Assembly (NCBI GenBank): GCA_963720375.1
Contig: CAVRFM010000015.1
Location: 106,999-170,998 of the forward strand
DNA length: 64,000 bases
From: an uncultured Chloroflexia bacterium
GTDB taxonomy: Bacteria; Chloroflexota; Dehalococcoidia; UBA2247; RBG-13-53-26
Direction of reading: 5' to 3'
The notes below the pieces were generated by a model. It made no database searches, was not told the DNA's origin, and worked only from the letters and a program-made list of their open reading frames with translations. A program made the translations under genes and the position numbers. Positions 1 through 10,451 of this stretch are shown one piece after another. Numbering within the stretch: the stretch's first letter is position 1; each line of letters begins with the position of its first letter.

Positions 1-157
1 CCGGATCCTGGACAAAGGCATCGTAATCGACGCCTGGGTCAGGGTTTCCTTGCTCGGACTTGAGATCCTTACCGTCGAGGCTCGAGTCGTCGTTGCTGGC
101 GTAGAGACCTACCTGAAGTATGCCGAGGCAGTCGGACTGACGGCCCCTGCAGCCTAA
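1..157 (+). CDS. gvpA: Gas vesicle structural protein GvpA (5'-truncated by window)
   Basis: Manual translation from nt 2: [51 protein letters not shown], the canonical GvpA core; not in ORF track. Confidence 0.95.
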   Translation, partial: RILDKGIVIDAWVRVSLLGLEILTVEARVVVAGVETYLKYAEAVGLTAPAA

Positions 158-168
158 GGTCATAATCG

Positions 169-221
169 GGAGGAGTTTGCCAAGGTGCCCTTGCCTAAGC
201 GTGCTTTGCCAAACATCCTCC
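169..221 (+). terminator. Stem-loop after gvpA (mRNA stabiliser or partial terminator)
   Basis: Imperfect inverted repeat GGAGGAGTTTGCCAAGGTGC...GTGCTTTGCCAAACATCCTCC directly after the gvpA stop. Confidence 0.55.
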
Positions 222-256
222 GTCTTTCAACATGAGGACGGGATTGAGATGGTGAG

Positions 257-931
257 ATGAAGGAAGTTGTTCTGGATATTATCAACTCTTACGAGGACAG
301 GGTTTCTATGGTGGAGAACATGATTACCACCGCTTACGAGGCTACCGTAGCTTCGGATGAGAGTCTGGCGCTACTTGAGATGGAGAGAAAGACATTGTAT
401 GTCGACCTGCGCGAAAGACTTGTCAAAAACCATTCCCTGCGAAGGAAGGACTTTGATGTTCTTATGGAAAGGATCCTTGTTGATTCCGAAGATAAGAGGG
501 GGAACATCGAGCAGGAGTGGAAACTGATAAGAGGGAAACTCAAGGGATACCTGGATCAGCAGAAAGAATTGGTTGCTTCACTGAGGGAGGGGCTGGCCAA
601 GATGGGGCAGGAGGAGCTGGCCAAGGATATGCTTGGGGTGGTGATAGGCGACTTTAAAGTTACATCTCAGGACAAAGGGGAACAGATTCTTACGTTGCTC
701 CGTGATTTCCAGTGCCATCTGGGAGTCTTCTTGAATGAGCAGCGGGAAGTAAATGGTGAATTGCAGAGGCTTGTGGATATAGGCGAATCCCTGAGGCTGG
801 AAGACCTGAGGTGTCTTGAGATAGCCAGGGCTCGCCAAGACAGGAAAATGGACAGAGAATTGCGCCGGGAGGATATCGAGAGCTTATTGACTCACTTCAG
901 GCAACAGCGCCAGGTAAATAGGCGACATTAG
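257..931 (+). CDS. Coiled-coil hypothetical protein in gvp operon
   Basis: 224-aa charged helical ORF between gvpA and gvpC-like gene. Confidence 0.75.
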   Translation: MKEVVLDIINSYEDRVSMVENMITTAYEATVASDESLALLEMERKTLYVDLRERLVKNHSLRRKDFDVLMERILVDSEDKRGNIEQEWKLIRGKLKGYLDQQKELVASLREGLAKMGQEELAKDMLGVVIGDFKVTSQDKGEQILTLLRDFQCHLGVFLNEQREVNGELQRLVDIGESLRLEDLRCLEIARARQDRKMDRELRREDIESLLTHFRQQRQVNRRH

Positions 932-947
932 TGGTTGTGGAGGAGTC

Positions 948-1764
948 GTGGCAGAGAAAGGAGTGACGGAGATGGGAATCGCATCCGGAATGAGAGATCT
1001 AACGCAGGACATTGCTTCTACACGTGAGGACAGGCTGAAAGGGGTCGCAGGGATGAAGGAAGAAACTCAGGACTCAATAAAGGCTCTTCGGGGCTCGCGC
1101 AGGAAAGAGGCTCTCGAATTTGGAGACGAGCTGGCCAGAAACAGGGCGGGCAGAAAACGGGAGGTCAAAATGGTGGTGGGGGGTGCCAGGAGCACCATAA
1201 AGAGCCTTCATGCCTCTCGGGGTAAAGAGGCTACTCAGATGCATCAGGAACGGGCCCGTGGTCTGGCTGAACTGAAGTCTGAGGTCAACAAGAGGATGGG
1301 AGATGCTCAGAGGGCTGTAAGAGACATGCGTTCTCAGCGCGAGGCGATGGGTGCAGAGTTGCGGCAGGAGCTCGCCCAGAGCAGGTCGGGTATGGAAGCC
1401 GAAGTTGCAGGACTGCTGAAGGACGCTGAGAAGCTGGTGAATGGCTTCCAGAAGACTCGCAAACAAACTGGGAACAAGTTGAGGAAGGATTTGGCTCAGG
1501 CCAGGTCTGACAGTCAATCTCAGCTTGAGGAAATGCGGGGCAATATTCGTAGGACACAGGCAGATCTGAGAGTCGGAGCTCGCAGAGGCGGCAATCGCCT
1601 GGCAGGGGCTGGCTAAGACGGCGCGAAGTGGTGGTGTAAAGGCAGTACTCGGGGAAGAGGCAGTGAAGGCGAAGGTTTCTAAGGAGGCTACTCATGAAAA
1701 GCGAGGCTCTAGCAAATCTAAGGACAATGCGCCAACTCAGAAGCAGCCTCGAAGTAGCAGGTGA
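948..1764 (+). CDS. gvpC: GvpC-like protein with four 40-aa helical repeats; probable frameshift near 1571
   Basis: Visible 40-aa repeats and position between gvpA and gvpN; ORF stops at 1616 but +1 frame continues SELAEAAIAWQGLAK... to TGA at 1762-1764. Confidence 0.6.
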
Positions 1765-2092
1765 GCGGAAAGCGAAGACGACGAACTCCCTTTCCAGAAC
1801 AAAAGAGATGATTGAGCACCTGGAACCGCTAAGTGACAGGCGCTTGGCAAGTGTACTGACAAGGGAAAGGAAGCGGTTCGGTAATCACGAGGCGGCAGTA
1901 AACAAATCGCGGCAGCGGCTGTTGCAGTCACGCAAAAAGTTGGCGACGATCATCGAGAGGAACCGGGCCCTTACTCAGCTAAGGCATGAGCTGCAGCAAG
2001 GACGTTGGCGGGGAGATGCCCCTCCGGTATTGCCCAAGGCAGAGCAGCCCAATCGTGGGCCGAAACTGCGTCAGGTGAAACTGACGTACTAG
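1694..2092 (+). CDS. Basic coiled-coil hypothetical protein in gvp operon
   Basis: AGGAGG RBS before ATG; 132 aa, just upstream of gvpN. Confidence 0.7.
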   Translation: MKSEALANLRTMRQLRSSLEVAGERKAKTTNSLSRTKEMIEHLEPLSDRRLASVLTRERKRFGNHEAAVNKSRQRLLQSRKKLATIIERNRALTQLRHELQQGRWRGDAPPVLPKAEQPNRGPKLRQVKLTY

Positions 2093-2241
2093 ATGTGCCA
2101 TCTGCGTGATGCTCTCTAGTGGCCATGGCGGGCGGGGAGTCAGAATACCGACTCCTACTTTGCTGCGCGTGCTATATGAAGTGGGTGGTTGGTGGGATGT
2201 TTGAAACATTGAAGGTGACATAGATCACTGGTCAGCAATCT

Positions 2242-3171
2242 ATGTCGGATGTAATTGGGGAGGCAAGCATTATGTATGTAGATCAAGCCACAGTTATTAC
2301 CGTTCAACCTGGTGCCGATTTCGTAGACACGGCCTATGTAAGAGACTTCACCGGCCGGGCCCTTGACTATATTAAGGCGGGCTTCGCTGTCCAATTCAGC
2401 GGACCGGCCGGAGTAGGGAAAACCACCCTGGCTCTACATGTAGCTGCCCAGCTGGGCCGCCCGGTAGTGTTGATCACCGGAGACCACGAGTTCAACACCT
2501 CTGATCTGGTCGGTGGGCTCTTCGGCTATCACAAGAAGTATATGAAGGACAACTACATTCGCTCCGTACTCAAGACTGATGAGAGTATGACCTCGCAGTG
2601 GATGGATAATCGTATTACTACTGCCTGCCAGAACGGGTTCACGCTGGTCTATGACGAGTTTACCAGGTCCCGGCCGGAGGCCAATAATATCCTGCTTTCG
2701 GTATTGGAAGAGAGACTTCTGCCCTTGCCCACAGCTAGGGGGGGCGAGAATTACCTGAAAGTGCACCCTGACTTTACTGCCATATTCACCTCTAACCCTG
2801 AGGAGTATGCCGGTATCTATAAGAGTCAGGATGCCCTGCGTGACAGGATGGTCACCATAGAGCTCGGGCACTTTGATGCGGAGACTGAGATCGCCATCAC
2901 CCAGGCAAAATCGGGCCTTGATCTTGATGATTGCCGGCACATCGTTGGCTTGGTGAGAAAGGTCAGGGAGGCCAAGGCGAACAGCCTTACTCCGACTGTC
3001 CGGGCTTGCATCATGATAGCCAAGATCGCAAGGCTGAGAGACGAGCCGGTCCGTGGTAGTAATGGTACCTTCAGGCAAACCTGTGTCGATGTGTTGATGT
3101 CTGAGGTTCCTCGAGGGGAAAGGGAGATTGTGTGCCAGGCGATGGATGAAGCCATCGCCGTCTATTCCTGA
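2242..3171 (+). CDS. gvpN: Gas vesicle AAA+ ATPase GvpN
   Basis: Walker A GPAGVGKT, YDEFTRSRPEANN, FTSNPEEYAG, QDALRDR motifs. Confidence 0.95.
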   Translation: MSDVIGEASIMYVDQATVITVQPGADFVDTAYVRDFTGRALDYIKAGFAVQFSGPAGVGKTTLALHVAAQLGRPVVLITGDHEFNTSDLVGGLFGYHKKYMKDNYIRSVLKTDESMTSQWMDNRITTACQNGFTLVYDEFTRSRPEANNILLSVLEERLLPLPTARGGENYLKVHPDFTAIFTSNPEEYAGIYKSQDALRDRMVTIELGHFDAETEIAITQAKSGLDLDDCRHIVGLVRKVREAKANSLTPTVRACIMIAKIARLRDEPVRGSNGTFRQTCVDVLMSEVPRGEREIVCQAMDEAIAVYS

Positions 3172-3185
3172 ATGGAGGTAAAGAT

Positions 3186-3749
3186 ATGGCAGGAACAAGA
3201 AAGAGCGAAAGAAAGGGAGAAAAAGGGGAAGCGAAAAGGGAGGAGAAGAGGGAAGAAGTAGACAGGATTGAACTCGACTTTGGCATGGGCAAGATGAGTT
3301 TTGGAGGACTGTTCAAGGGCATAGGCGACCTTATTGAGCTGGCCAATGAATCCGGTGAATTTGAGAAAAAGGGGGAGATCGGGGGTTTGCCCAAAGGGGC
3401 CAGGGGTGTCTATGGATTCAGCGTGAGAACCATGGCGGGCAAGCCGGTGATAGAGACCTTTGGCAACATCAGGGAGACTACCAAGGGGCCGGTGGTGGAG
3501 GAGATTCGGGAACCAATGGTCGATATCTTCGATGAAAGAGCCCATATTCTGGTTATCGCCGAGTTGCCCGGAGTATCGGAGGAGGAAATCAAGATCGAAG
3601 TAGCTGGAGATATTCTTAATCTCAGTGCCTCTGGTAAGGCCAGGAAATATGCCAAGGAGATTCTGCTCCCCAGCAAGGTAAAGGCTAGCCCGGTCAAGAC
3701 CTCCTTCAAGAACGGGGTACTGGAGATCACACTGGAAAGAGAAAAGTAG
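3186..3749 (+). CDS. Hsp20/alpha-crystallin protein (archaeal-type sHsp, GvpH-like)
   Basis: VYGFSVR...[10 protein letters not shown]...AELPGV...[10 protein letters not shown]. Confidence 0.9.
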   Translation: MAGTRKSERKGEKGEAKREEKREEVDRIELDFGMGKMSFGGLFKGIGDLIELANESGEFEKKGEIGGLPKGARGVYGFSVRTMAGKPVIETFGNIRETTKGPVVEEIREPMVDIFDERAHILVIAELPGVSEEEIKIEVAGDILNLSASGKARKYAKEILLPSKVKASPVKTSFKNGVLEITLEREK

Positions 3750-3766
3750 TTTCGAGAGGAAAAGAA

Positions 3767-5908
3767 GTGGTGATCCAAGTCAAACCATTAAACCTTCGTG
3801 TTACTGAGGCCAAGCCCAGGGATGTGGGCAGGGGTATTGCCCGGATAGATCCGGACGATATCAAGAAGCTAGGCGCCGAGGTAGGAGACGTCGTCGAGAT
3901 TGAGGGTAAGAGAAAGACGGTGGCCAAGCTTATGCCTGCCTATGCTGAAGATCGGGGCAAGTCCCTGGTCCAGATGGACGGACTTCTCCGCAGCAATGCA
4001 CGCGTCTCCCTGGACGAGAAGGTGGCACTGCAGAAAACGGATTGCTCTATAGCCGATAAGATACTCTTGAGTCCCCTGACCCAGGCAAGGTCCATCAGCC
4101 AGGAGAAAGACACCAGGTATATCGGTACTTTGCTGGACGGACTGCCGGTAGTAGATGGGGACACGGTACGTGCCATCCTCTTTGGCACGCGCAGTCACGA
4201 TTTCGTCGTTGTCACCACTGTCCCCAAAGGTGCCGTAGTAATCCATTCCAGGACCAGAATTGAGATCAAAGAAAAGGGTGAGCCCAAGGCCAGGGGGTTC
4301 AAAGTCTCCTACGAAGACATTGGTGGTCTCGGCAAGGAATTGCAGAGGGTCAGGGAGATGATCGAGCTTCCCCTGAAGTATCCTCAGGTGTTTGAGCGGT
4401 TGGGAATAGACCCCCCCAAGGGAGTGCTGCTCCATGGCCCTCCGGGATGCGGCAAAACACTCATTGCCCGTGCTGTAGCCAATGAGACTGCCGCCTACTT
4501 CAGTAGTATTACCGGCCCGGAGATAATGGGGAAATTCTACGGCGAGAGCGAAGCACGCCTGAGGTCAGTCTTCGAAGAGGCCAAAGCCAATGCGCCGGCT
4601 ATTCTCTTTATTGATGAGATCGATGCCATTGCCCCCAAGAGGGAGGAGATGGGAGGGGAGAAGCAGGTAGAAAGGAGAGTCGTCGCCCAGCTCCTGGCCC
4701 TTATGGATGGGCTGGAGTCGCGAGGTGAGATAATCGTCATCGGAGCCACCAACATCCCCAACTCGCTCGACGGGGCATTGCGCCGCCCCGGTAGATTCGA
4801 TCGGGAGATCGCCATCAGCATTCCCGGCCAGAAAGGACGCCTGGAGATTCTCCACATTCATACCAGGGGCATGCCCCTGGCGCAGGACGTAGACCTGGAG
4901 AAGCTGGCCCAGGTTACTCATGGCTTTGTTGGGGCTGACCTTGAGGCCCTGTGCCGTGAGGCGGCAATGAACGCCTTGAGGAAGATAATGCCCAGCATTG
5001 ATTTCCAGTTGGACGAGATTCCCTACGAAACCCTGCTGGGGCTTGAAGTGAACATGGACAACTTCAGCGAGGCGTTGAAGGAAACGGAGCCCTCGGCTAT
5101 TCGGGAATTCTTTGTTGAGATCCCCAATGTGAAATGGGAGGACGTCGGCGGTCTGGAAGAAGTGAAGCAGAAACTGGTCGAGGCAGTGGAATGGCCGTTG
5201 CGCTATCCCCAGCTATTCCAGCAGGCAAACGTCAAACCTCCCAAGGGCATCCTCCTCTCCGGACCTCCGGGGACGGGGAAAACCATGGTAGCCAAGGCAT
5301 TGGCCAGTCAAAGCGGGGTTAATTTCATCTCGGTCAAAGGTCCTGAGCTGATGTCCAAATATGTCGGTGAGTCGGAGAGGGGGGTGAGAGAGGTATTCCG
5401 AAAGGCGAGACAAGCCAGCCCGTGCATCCTTTTTTTCGATGAGTTTGACTCGCTGGTTCCGGAGCGGGGGTTGAGTGGAGACTCGCAGGTTGCAGAGAGG
5501 GTGATTAGCCAGTTCCTGACTGAACTCGATGGACTGGTAGAGCTTAAGGGAGTGCTGATTCTGGCTGCTACCAACAGAAAGGACTTGATCGATTCTGCTA
5601 TTCTGCGGTCCGGCAGGTTCGACTTCGTCTTAGAATTCCCGCTGCCGGATGAAGAGGCGCGCCGGGCAATATTTGCGGTTCATACCAGTGGAAAACCTTT
5701 AGCTGCTGATGTTGACCTGGGGGCTCTTGCCCAACAAACGGAGGGCATGGCCGGCTCAGATATAGCGGCTATTTGCCAGGATGGTTCTATGGCTGCCATT
5801 AAGGAAGTTGTCAAGGCCAGAACCAAGGATCACAAACTGCAGATCTCCAGAAAGCACTTCGACTTCGCTATCCGGGCGTCAAGAGCTTCAAGAGGCGGAG
5901 GTGAGTGA
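3767..5908 (+). CDS. CDC48/VAT-family AAA+ ATPase
   Basis: N-domain [11 protein letters not shown]; two AAA modules GPPGCGKT and GPPGTGKT; RPGRFDRE. Confidence 0.95.
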   Translation: MVIQVKPLNLRVTEAKPRDVGRGIARIDPDDIKKLGAEVGDVVEIEGKRKTVAKLMPAYAEDRGKSLVQMDGLLRSNARVSLDEKVALQKTDCSIADKILLSPLTQARSISQEKDTRYIGTLLDGLPVVDGDTVRAILFGTRSHDFVVVTTVPKGAVVIHSRTRIEIKEKGEPKARGFKVSYEDIGGLGKELQRVREMIELPLKYPQVFERLGIDPPKGVLLHGPPGCGKTLIARAVANETAAYFSSITGPEIMGKFYGESEARLRSVFEEAKANAPAILFIDEIDAIAPKREEMGGEKQVERRVVAQLLALMDGLESRGEIIVIGATNIPNSLDGALRRPGRFDREIAISIPGQKGRLEILHIHTRGMPLAQDVDLEKLAQVTHGFVGADLEALCREAAMNALRKIMPSIDFQLDEIPYETLLGLEVNMDNFSEALKETEPSAIREFFVEIPNVKWEDVGGLEEVKQKLVEAVEWPLRYPQLFQQANVKPPKGILLSGPPGTGKTMVAKALASQSGVNFISVKGPELMSKYVGESERGVREVFRKARQASPCILFFDEFDSLVPERGLSGDSQVAERVISQFLTELDGLVELKGVLILAATNRKDLIDSAILRSGRFDFVLEFPLPDEEARRAIFAVHTSGKPLAADVDLGALAQQTEGMAGSDIAAICQDGSMAAIKEVVKARTKDHKLQISRKHFDFAIRASRASRGGGE

Positions 5909-5912
5909 ACAG

Positions 5913-6665
5913 ATGTCTGAGCAGAATAAGTATCTCTACGGGATCATAGAAGAGCCTCACCCCAGAAGATTCGGCTTCTCCGGAGTGGAGGATGCTGAGG
6001 TATATACCATCAATTATCAGAAGATGGCGGCGATAGTGAGCGATACTCTGCTTCAGGAGGTAGACCCGACTCGGAAGAACGTGCGTGCTCATACGGTGGT
6101 CCAAGATGAGATCCTGAAAGTATATGACCTGCTGCCCATGGGCTTCGGTGTAATAGCCCATAGCGATGATGAGGTCCAAAAGCTGCTGGAGAGGAATTAT
6201 CAGATTTTTGTCAAAGAACTGGAGCGGCTTGCCAGCAAGATAGAGGTCGGGCTGAAAGTCTTCTGGGACCAGGAGGCCATGATCAAGGAGCTTCAGGGAG
6301 AAAGGCAAGAGCTCACCAAGATAAAAGCGAAGATAAACGCTGCAGCATCTCCTGTTGAGGCGCAGCATCTTCTGGTGGAAGCCGGCAAACTGATAGAGCG
6401 CATTGCTATGGAATGGAGGAACAAATATGCCGAGCAGGTCTATGCTGCCCTGAAGGGAATGGCGGTTGATGCCCGGCTGAATGCCCCTTTGGGAGTCAAG
6501 AATATCTTGAATGCCGCCTTCCTGGTAGACAGAGCCAAAGAGAGTGGATTCCAGAAAGAAGTCTACGAGCTCGATTCAAAGTATAAGGGCAAAGTGGATT
6601 TCAAATATGTGGGCCCGCTGCCACCTTACAGCTTCGTGAACCTGAAACTGGAGCCGGTGAAATGA
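5913..6665 (+). CDS. gvpF: Gas vesicle protein GvpF/GvpL family
   Basis: YLYGII, LLPMGFG, ILNAAFLV, GPLPPYSFV; ATG 5913 follows GGAGGTGA. Confidence 0.9.
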   Translation: MSEQNKYLYGIIEEPHPRRFGFSGVEDAEVYTINYQKMAAIVSDTLLQEVDPTRKNVRAHTVVQDEILKVYDLLPMGFGVIAHSDDEVQKLLERNYQIFVKELERLASKIEVGLKVFWDQEAMIKELQGERQELTKIKAKINAAASPVEAQHLLVEAGKLIERIAMEWRNKYAEQVYAALKGMAVDARLNAPLGVKNILNAAFLVDRAKESGFQKEVYELDSKYKGKVDFKYVGPLPPYSFVNLKLEPVK

Positions 6666-6919
6666 TGAGTAAGTTTCTCTTCGATGTTATCGCAGGCGTT
6701 CCGTTGACGCTTGGCAGGCAAATAGTGGAGAAGCTGAGAGATGAGGTTGATAAAGAACGGCTTATTACGGAGGAGTCGATTAGAGAACGGCTTCAGCAAC
6801 TGCAGCTGCTGCTGCAAGATGGCGAGCTGACTGAGGAGGAGTATGAGGGGCTGGAGGCTAAGCTCATTGAGAGGTTAAGGGCAGTAAGGAAGTATAAGCA
6901 AGAAATGGGGGGTGAATAA
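6662..6919 (+). CDS. gvpG: Gas vesicle protein GvpG
   Basis: LQLLLQDGELTEEEYEGLEAKLIERL motif, follows gvpF. Confidence 0.85.
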   Translation: MMSKFLFDVIAGVPLTLGRQIVEKLRDEVDKERLITEESIRERLQQLQLLLQDGELTEEEYEGLEAKLIERLRAVRKYKQEMGGE

Positions 6920-6925
6920 TAGACA

Positions 6926-7300
6926 ATGCCTCTGCAAGCAACCAGGAACGAAGTTTCAACCCTTGCGGATGCTATTGACCGCGTCTTGGACAAGGGGCTG
7001 GTCATCAATGCTGACATCTGCGTCTCAGTATCCGGCGTTGAGCTTCTGGGAGTTAAGATAAGGGCGGCCCTGGCTTCCTTTGAGACAGCAGCCAAGTACG
7101 GGCTCGAGTTCCCCAGTGGTACCAATTACGAGACTGCTGCTTGGAAAGAGACCAAGGTGGGCAAGGAAGACTGCCCCCAATGCAGCAAGAGAGTCGCTGC
7201 TGAAGAACTTTTGAATGAGGGGTGTCCCTGGTGCGGCTGGGCAAGCGCGAAAGCAAAGAGAGCCAGAGTCAGGATAGCCCCGGAGATACCGGTGGAGTAA
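6926..7300 (+). CDS. gvpJ: GvpJ (GvpA family) with C-terminal CxxC...CxxC ribbon
   Basis: LADAIDRVLDKGLVINADI...ASFETAAKYGLEFP; CPQC...CPWC tail. Confidence 0.88.
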   Translation: MPLQATRNEVSTLADAIDRVLDKGLVINADICVSVSGVELLGVKIRAALASFETAAKYGLEFPSGTNYETAAWKETKVGKEDCPQCSKRVAAEELLNEGCPWCGWASAKAKRARVRIAPEIPVE

Positions 7301-7306
7301 ATCGCC

Positions 7307-7792
7307 GTGGCCAGGGCTGCAAAGGACAGGAGCAAAGCTGATTTGGCCCGGCTTGTCGATACGCTCGATGAGAAAAGCCGGGCGATACTGTGGCATCTCT
7401 GGTGGTACCGGCATGCCGAAATATCTGAATTAAGGGATCTCGTTGATGCACCGGGCGATTTCGAGGTTCTTAACAGGTTGAGAAAGGTCATAAATGAAAA
7501 GGCCGAGGTGCTCTGGGGCAGGCCGATAGTGGGCTTTGAGCAATCGAGGGTCGATCCTCTTACAGGGCAGAAAGTCCTCTTTAGCTGGTGGTTTCTCGAC
7601 GAAGAGATTGCTCCTGCATCGGTAGGTGGTAGGCCTCTGGTAGATGTATTCAATGAGAAAGATTGTGTTGCCCTGATTGCCCAACTGCCGGCTTCGGTCG
7701 ATTATGCTCATACAGACATAGGGTTTAAGAATGGCATATTGAAGGTCAGACTCAAGAAGGTGGACGGTAGTGCCGCCGGAAGAGAGAGATAG
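7307..7792 (+). CDS. Hypothetical protein, HTH-like N-terminus plus partial Hsp20-like C-terminus
   Basis: C-terminal PLVDVFNE...AQLP...FKNGILKVRL resembles the sHsp at 3186. Confidence 0.65.
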   Translation: MARAAKDRSKADLARLVDTLDEKSRAILWHLWWYRHAEISELRDLVDAPGDFEVLNRLRKVINEKAEVLWGRPIVGFEQSRVDPLTGQKVLFSWWFLDEEIAPASVGGRPLVDVFNEKDCVALIAQLPASVDYAHTDIGFKNGILKVRLKKVDGSAAGRER

Positions 7793-7800
7793 GATCTGCC

Positions 7801-8127
7801 ATGGCTATTGCTGTCGATGAACGTAATCTCAAACAAGGTGTCCTGGGGCTGGTTCTGGCGGTGGTTGAGGTAATCAGAGATGTCCTGAGAATTGAGGCAC
7901 TCAAGAGGATGGAGTCCGGCCGTTTGACTGAGGAAGAATGTGAGAGGTTGGGTGAGGCGTTGATGGATTTGGACACTGCGCTGGAGGAGATAAAGCAGGA
8001 GCAGGGTATCGCCGAGTCGGTTCAGGCGGTGCGGGACGGACTAGATAAGATTGTCGACGATGTCATAGATAAGATAGTCAACCCGGAGAGATGGCAGGAG
8101 GAAAGTGAGCAAAGTGAGACATGGTAG
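7801..8127 (+). CDS. gvpK: Gas vesicle protein GvpK
   Basis: GVLGLVLAVVEVIRD...EALKRMESGRLTEEECERLGEALM. Confidence 0.9.
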   Translation: MAIAVDERNLKQGVLGLVLAVVEVIRDVLRIEALKRMESGRLTEEECERLGEALMDLDTALEEIKQEQGIAESVQAVRDGLDKIVDDVIDKIVNPERWQEESEQSETW

Positions 8128-8137
8128 GGAGGGTGGC

Positions 8138-9403
8138 ATGGAGGACATGTTTTATGCCGTGCTGGCCTTGCATGTAGCTGGCAAGCCGATTAACAAGGAG
8201 AACATTAGGGCTGTCCTTAAAGCTGCGGGCTCTCCGGTGAACGAGCCGGCACTTGATGCCATGTCTGCCTTTGCCGAGTCTTTGGAAGCTGCCCGCTGTG
8301 AGCGGGAGAAACCCGTTGACCCTAGAATAATCAGGTTCCTCACTTCCGAATTGGCTCACCGCAGGGTGCAGACGGATCGCGTGCAAAGTCTCATTGAGGA
8401 GCTGACGATGTCTATCGCGTCAGCCCCGGAGCCAGATGAGGCTGGATTCACAGAGGGGGAGACAATTACAGCAGGAGAGAACATGCAGATGGCTGCGGAG
8501 AAGGTTGACCGGCAGGAGTGTATCAGTGACGATGCCGGGGCTGCAGCCGCAACAGCGGTTGAAGATATTCGGCTTTTGACTCAAGTTGAGGGACGCTATA
8601 TATACGGAATCGCAGCCTGCAACAGGCCGGTAGTCTTAGGGCGGATAGGGGTAGAGGGCAATGAGGTCTACACTATTCCTTACAAAGACCTCTGCGCCAT
8701 TGTGCATAATTGTCCTGCCGAGCCATATCAATCCAAAGATGAAGGAACGGTGACGGACTGGGTGAGAGCGCATCAGAACGTTATTGACAGGGCAAAGGAT
8801 CAACTTGGTGCCGTAATTCCTATGGGTTTTGACGTTATACTGCAACCCAGGAGTGATGCCGCTTCCCCTGATCAGGTGGTTAGTGATTGGCTCAAAGAAG
8901 ACTACGAGCGGCTTTGCAGCACGATGGAGAAGATAAAGGACAAGGATGAATATGGGATACAGATCTCACATGAGTCCGGCATGGCAGAGAAGCAAATCTT
9001 CGAACAAAGCGAAGAGATCAAGAGGATAAAGGAAGCAATGGCCACCAAACCGCCGGGGACGGCCTATATGTATAGGCAGAAGCTGGAAAAGGCGGTGAAG
9101 ACAGAGATAGAAAAGCTTGCCACCGGGTGGTTCAAGGACTTCTACAGCAGGATTGAGAAGCACACCGATGATATCGTGGTGGAGAAGACCAAGAAACTGA
9201 ATGGTAATAAGGTGATGCTGGTGAATCTCTCCTGCCTGGTGTCCAAAGACAGGGTTGATGGCCTGGGTGAAGAACTCGAGAAGATCAACAACATGGCAGG
9301 CTTCTCCGTACATTTTACCGGCCCCTGGCCTCCATATGCTTTTGTAGCCAAGCCCGTTATCCCTGCTAAAGAGGAAATGAAAAATGGATCCCACCCGGGA
9401 TAA
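8138..9403 (+). CDS. gvpL: GvpL/F-family protein with N-terminal ribosomal P1/L12-like domain
   Basis: C-terminal RYIYGI, VIPMGF, NLSCLV, TGPWPPYAFV; N-terminal YAVLALHVAGKPINKENIRAVLKAAG. Confidence 0.85.
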   Translation: MEDMFYAVLALHVAGKPINKENIRAVLKAAGSPVNEPALDAMSAFAESLEAARCEREKPVDPRIIRFLTSELAHRRVQTDRVQSLIEELTMSIASAPEPDEAGFTEGETITAGENMQMAAEKVDRQECISDDAGAAAATAVEDIRLLTQVEGRYIYGIAACNRPVVLGRIGVEGNEVYTIPYKDLCAIVHNCPAEPYQSKDEGTVTDWVRAHQNVIDRAKDQLGAVIPMGFDVILQPRSDAASPDQVVSDWLKEDYERLCSTMEKIKDKDEYGIQISHESGMAEKQIFEQSEEIKRIKEAMATKPPGTAYMYRQKLEKAVKTEIEKLATGWFKDFYSRIEKHTDDIVVEKTKKLNGNKVMLVNLSCLVSKDRVDGLGEELEKINNMAGFSVHFTGPWPPYAFVAKPVIPAKEEMKNGSHPG

Positions 9404-10037
9404 TCATGCAACGCTGGTAGATCTTCTGGATAGGGTACTGGACAAAGGGTTGGTGCTTGATGCTGATCTCATCATCCACGTGGCTGGTGTTCCTCTCGTG
9501 GGTGTAAAGCTGAAGGCTTTCCTTGCTGGCATGGAGACAATGCTGGAGTATGGCATCTGGCGGGATTGGGATGAGGCGCAGCGAGCAGTGGCTACTGAAG
9601 AGCAACGTCGGAAGAAAGCGGTGCTTCTGGCTCAGGGAGAGAAGGTCCTGCTAAAGACGTTTGCCTCCCACTGGTATAGCGAAGGCCAGTGCCACAGCTG
9701 GAGGCCGGGACATCTGCATGTCACCGATAGGAGAGTGCTGCTGTCTAGAAAGGAACCTGCCGGAATATTGTTTCAGTGTACCTTTGGGGACATAACGGGA
9801 ATTGCCACCCGGAGGAAGCCTGATGCTCATACTGATGAAGTGGATTACCTTTATCTGTCGCTCAGGTCTGGGGAACTGGCACTTTTACATACCAGTAATG
9901 CCGCAGCAGTCGCGGGTGCCGTGGAGAATAGGATAAAAGCCTTGGGCTTCAAGCTGGAGGAAGACCTGCCACTCCGGATGGTTGATGAGACGGCAACAAG
10001 TCTCCCGGTGTCCGGAATGCGGGGCGTCTGTAATTGA
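9384..10037 (+). CDS. GvpJ/M-type (GvpA family) protein fused to PH/GRAM-like domain
   Basis: TLVDLLDRVLDKGLVLDADL...AGMETMLEYG followed by WRPGHLHVTDRRVLL. Confidence 0.8.
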   Translation: MDPTRDNHATLVDLLDRVLDKGLVLDADLIIHVAGVPLVGVKLKAFLAGMETMLEYGIWRDWDEAQRAVATEEQRRKKAVLLAQGEKVLLKTFASHWYSEGQCHSWRPGHLHVTDRRVLLSRKEPAGILFQCTFGDITGIATRRKPDAHTDEVDYLYLSLRSGELALLHTSNAAAVAGAVENRIKALGFKLEEDLPLRMVDETATSLPVSGMRGVCN

Positions 10038-10172
10038 CCAGGGGACTGATGCCGGAAACGGGCTGGGTGTGTGACTTGGATGCAGCACGAGGGTATCCAC
10101 TAGCGGGGTTAGTCGGAGAAGGCTGCTCAATCCCTGATTGGGTGAGCCTCGGGCCGATGAGAGAGGAGGCGA

Positions 10173-10436
10173 ATGGTTCAGATGAATGTTGACCAGATAG
10201 TCAAAAAGGCCCAGGGCGACTTCGCCAAATTCAGCAAAATGCCAGTCGATGGGGTCACCGGCCTCTCCAGGACAGATCAGGGATGGGTAGTCTCGCTGGA
10301 GGCGTTGGAGAGGAGGGCTATCCCAGATAGCATGGACGTTTTGGGAGTCTACGAAGTCCACCTGGATGACGAGGGCAATTTTCTTAGCTTTGAGAGAAAG
10401 AAGCTGCGCAAGCGTGGGCAGACACAGGAGGACTAG
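10173..10436 (+). CDS. gvpO: Gas vesicle protein GvpO/GvpR
   Basis: GWVVSLEALERRAIPDSMDVLGVYEVHLDDEG...RG. Confidence 0.9.
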   Translation: MVQMNVDQIVKKAQGDFAKFSKMPVDGVTGLSRTDQGWVVSLEALERRAIPDSMDVLGVYEVHLDDEGNFLSFERKKLRKRGQTQED

Positions 10437-10451
10437 GAAGAAGGGGGATGG

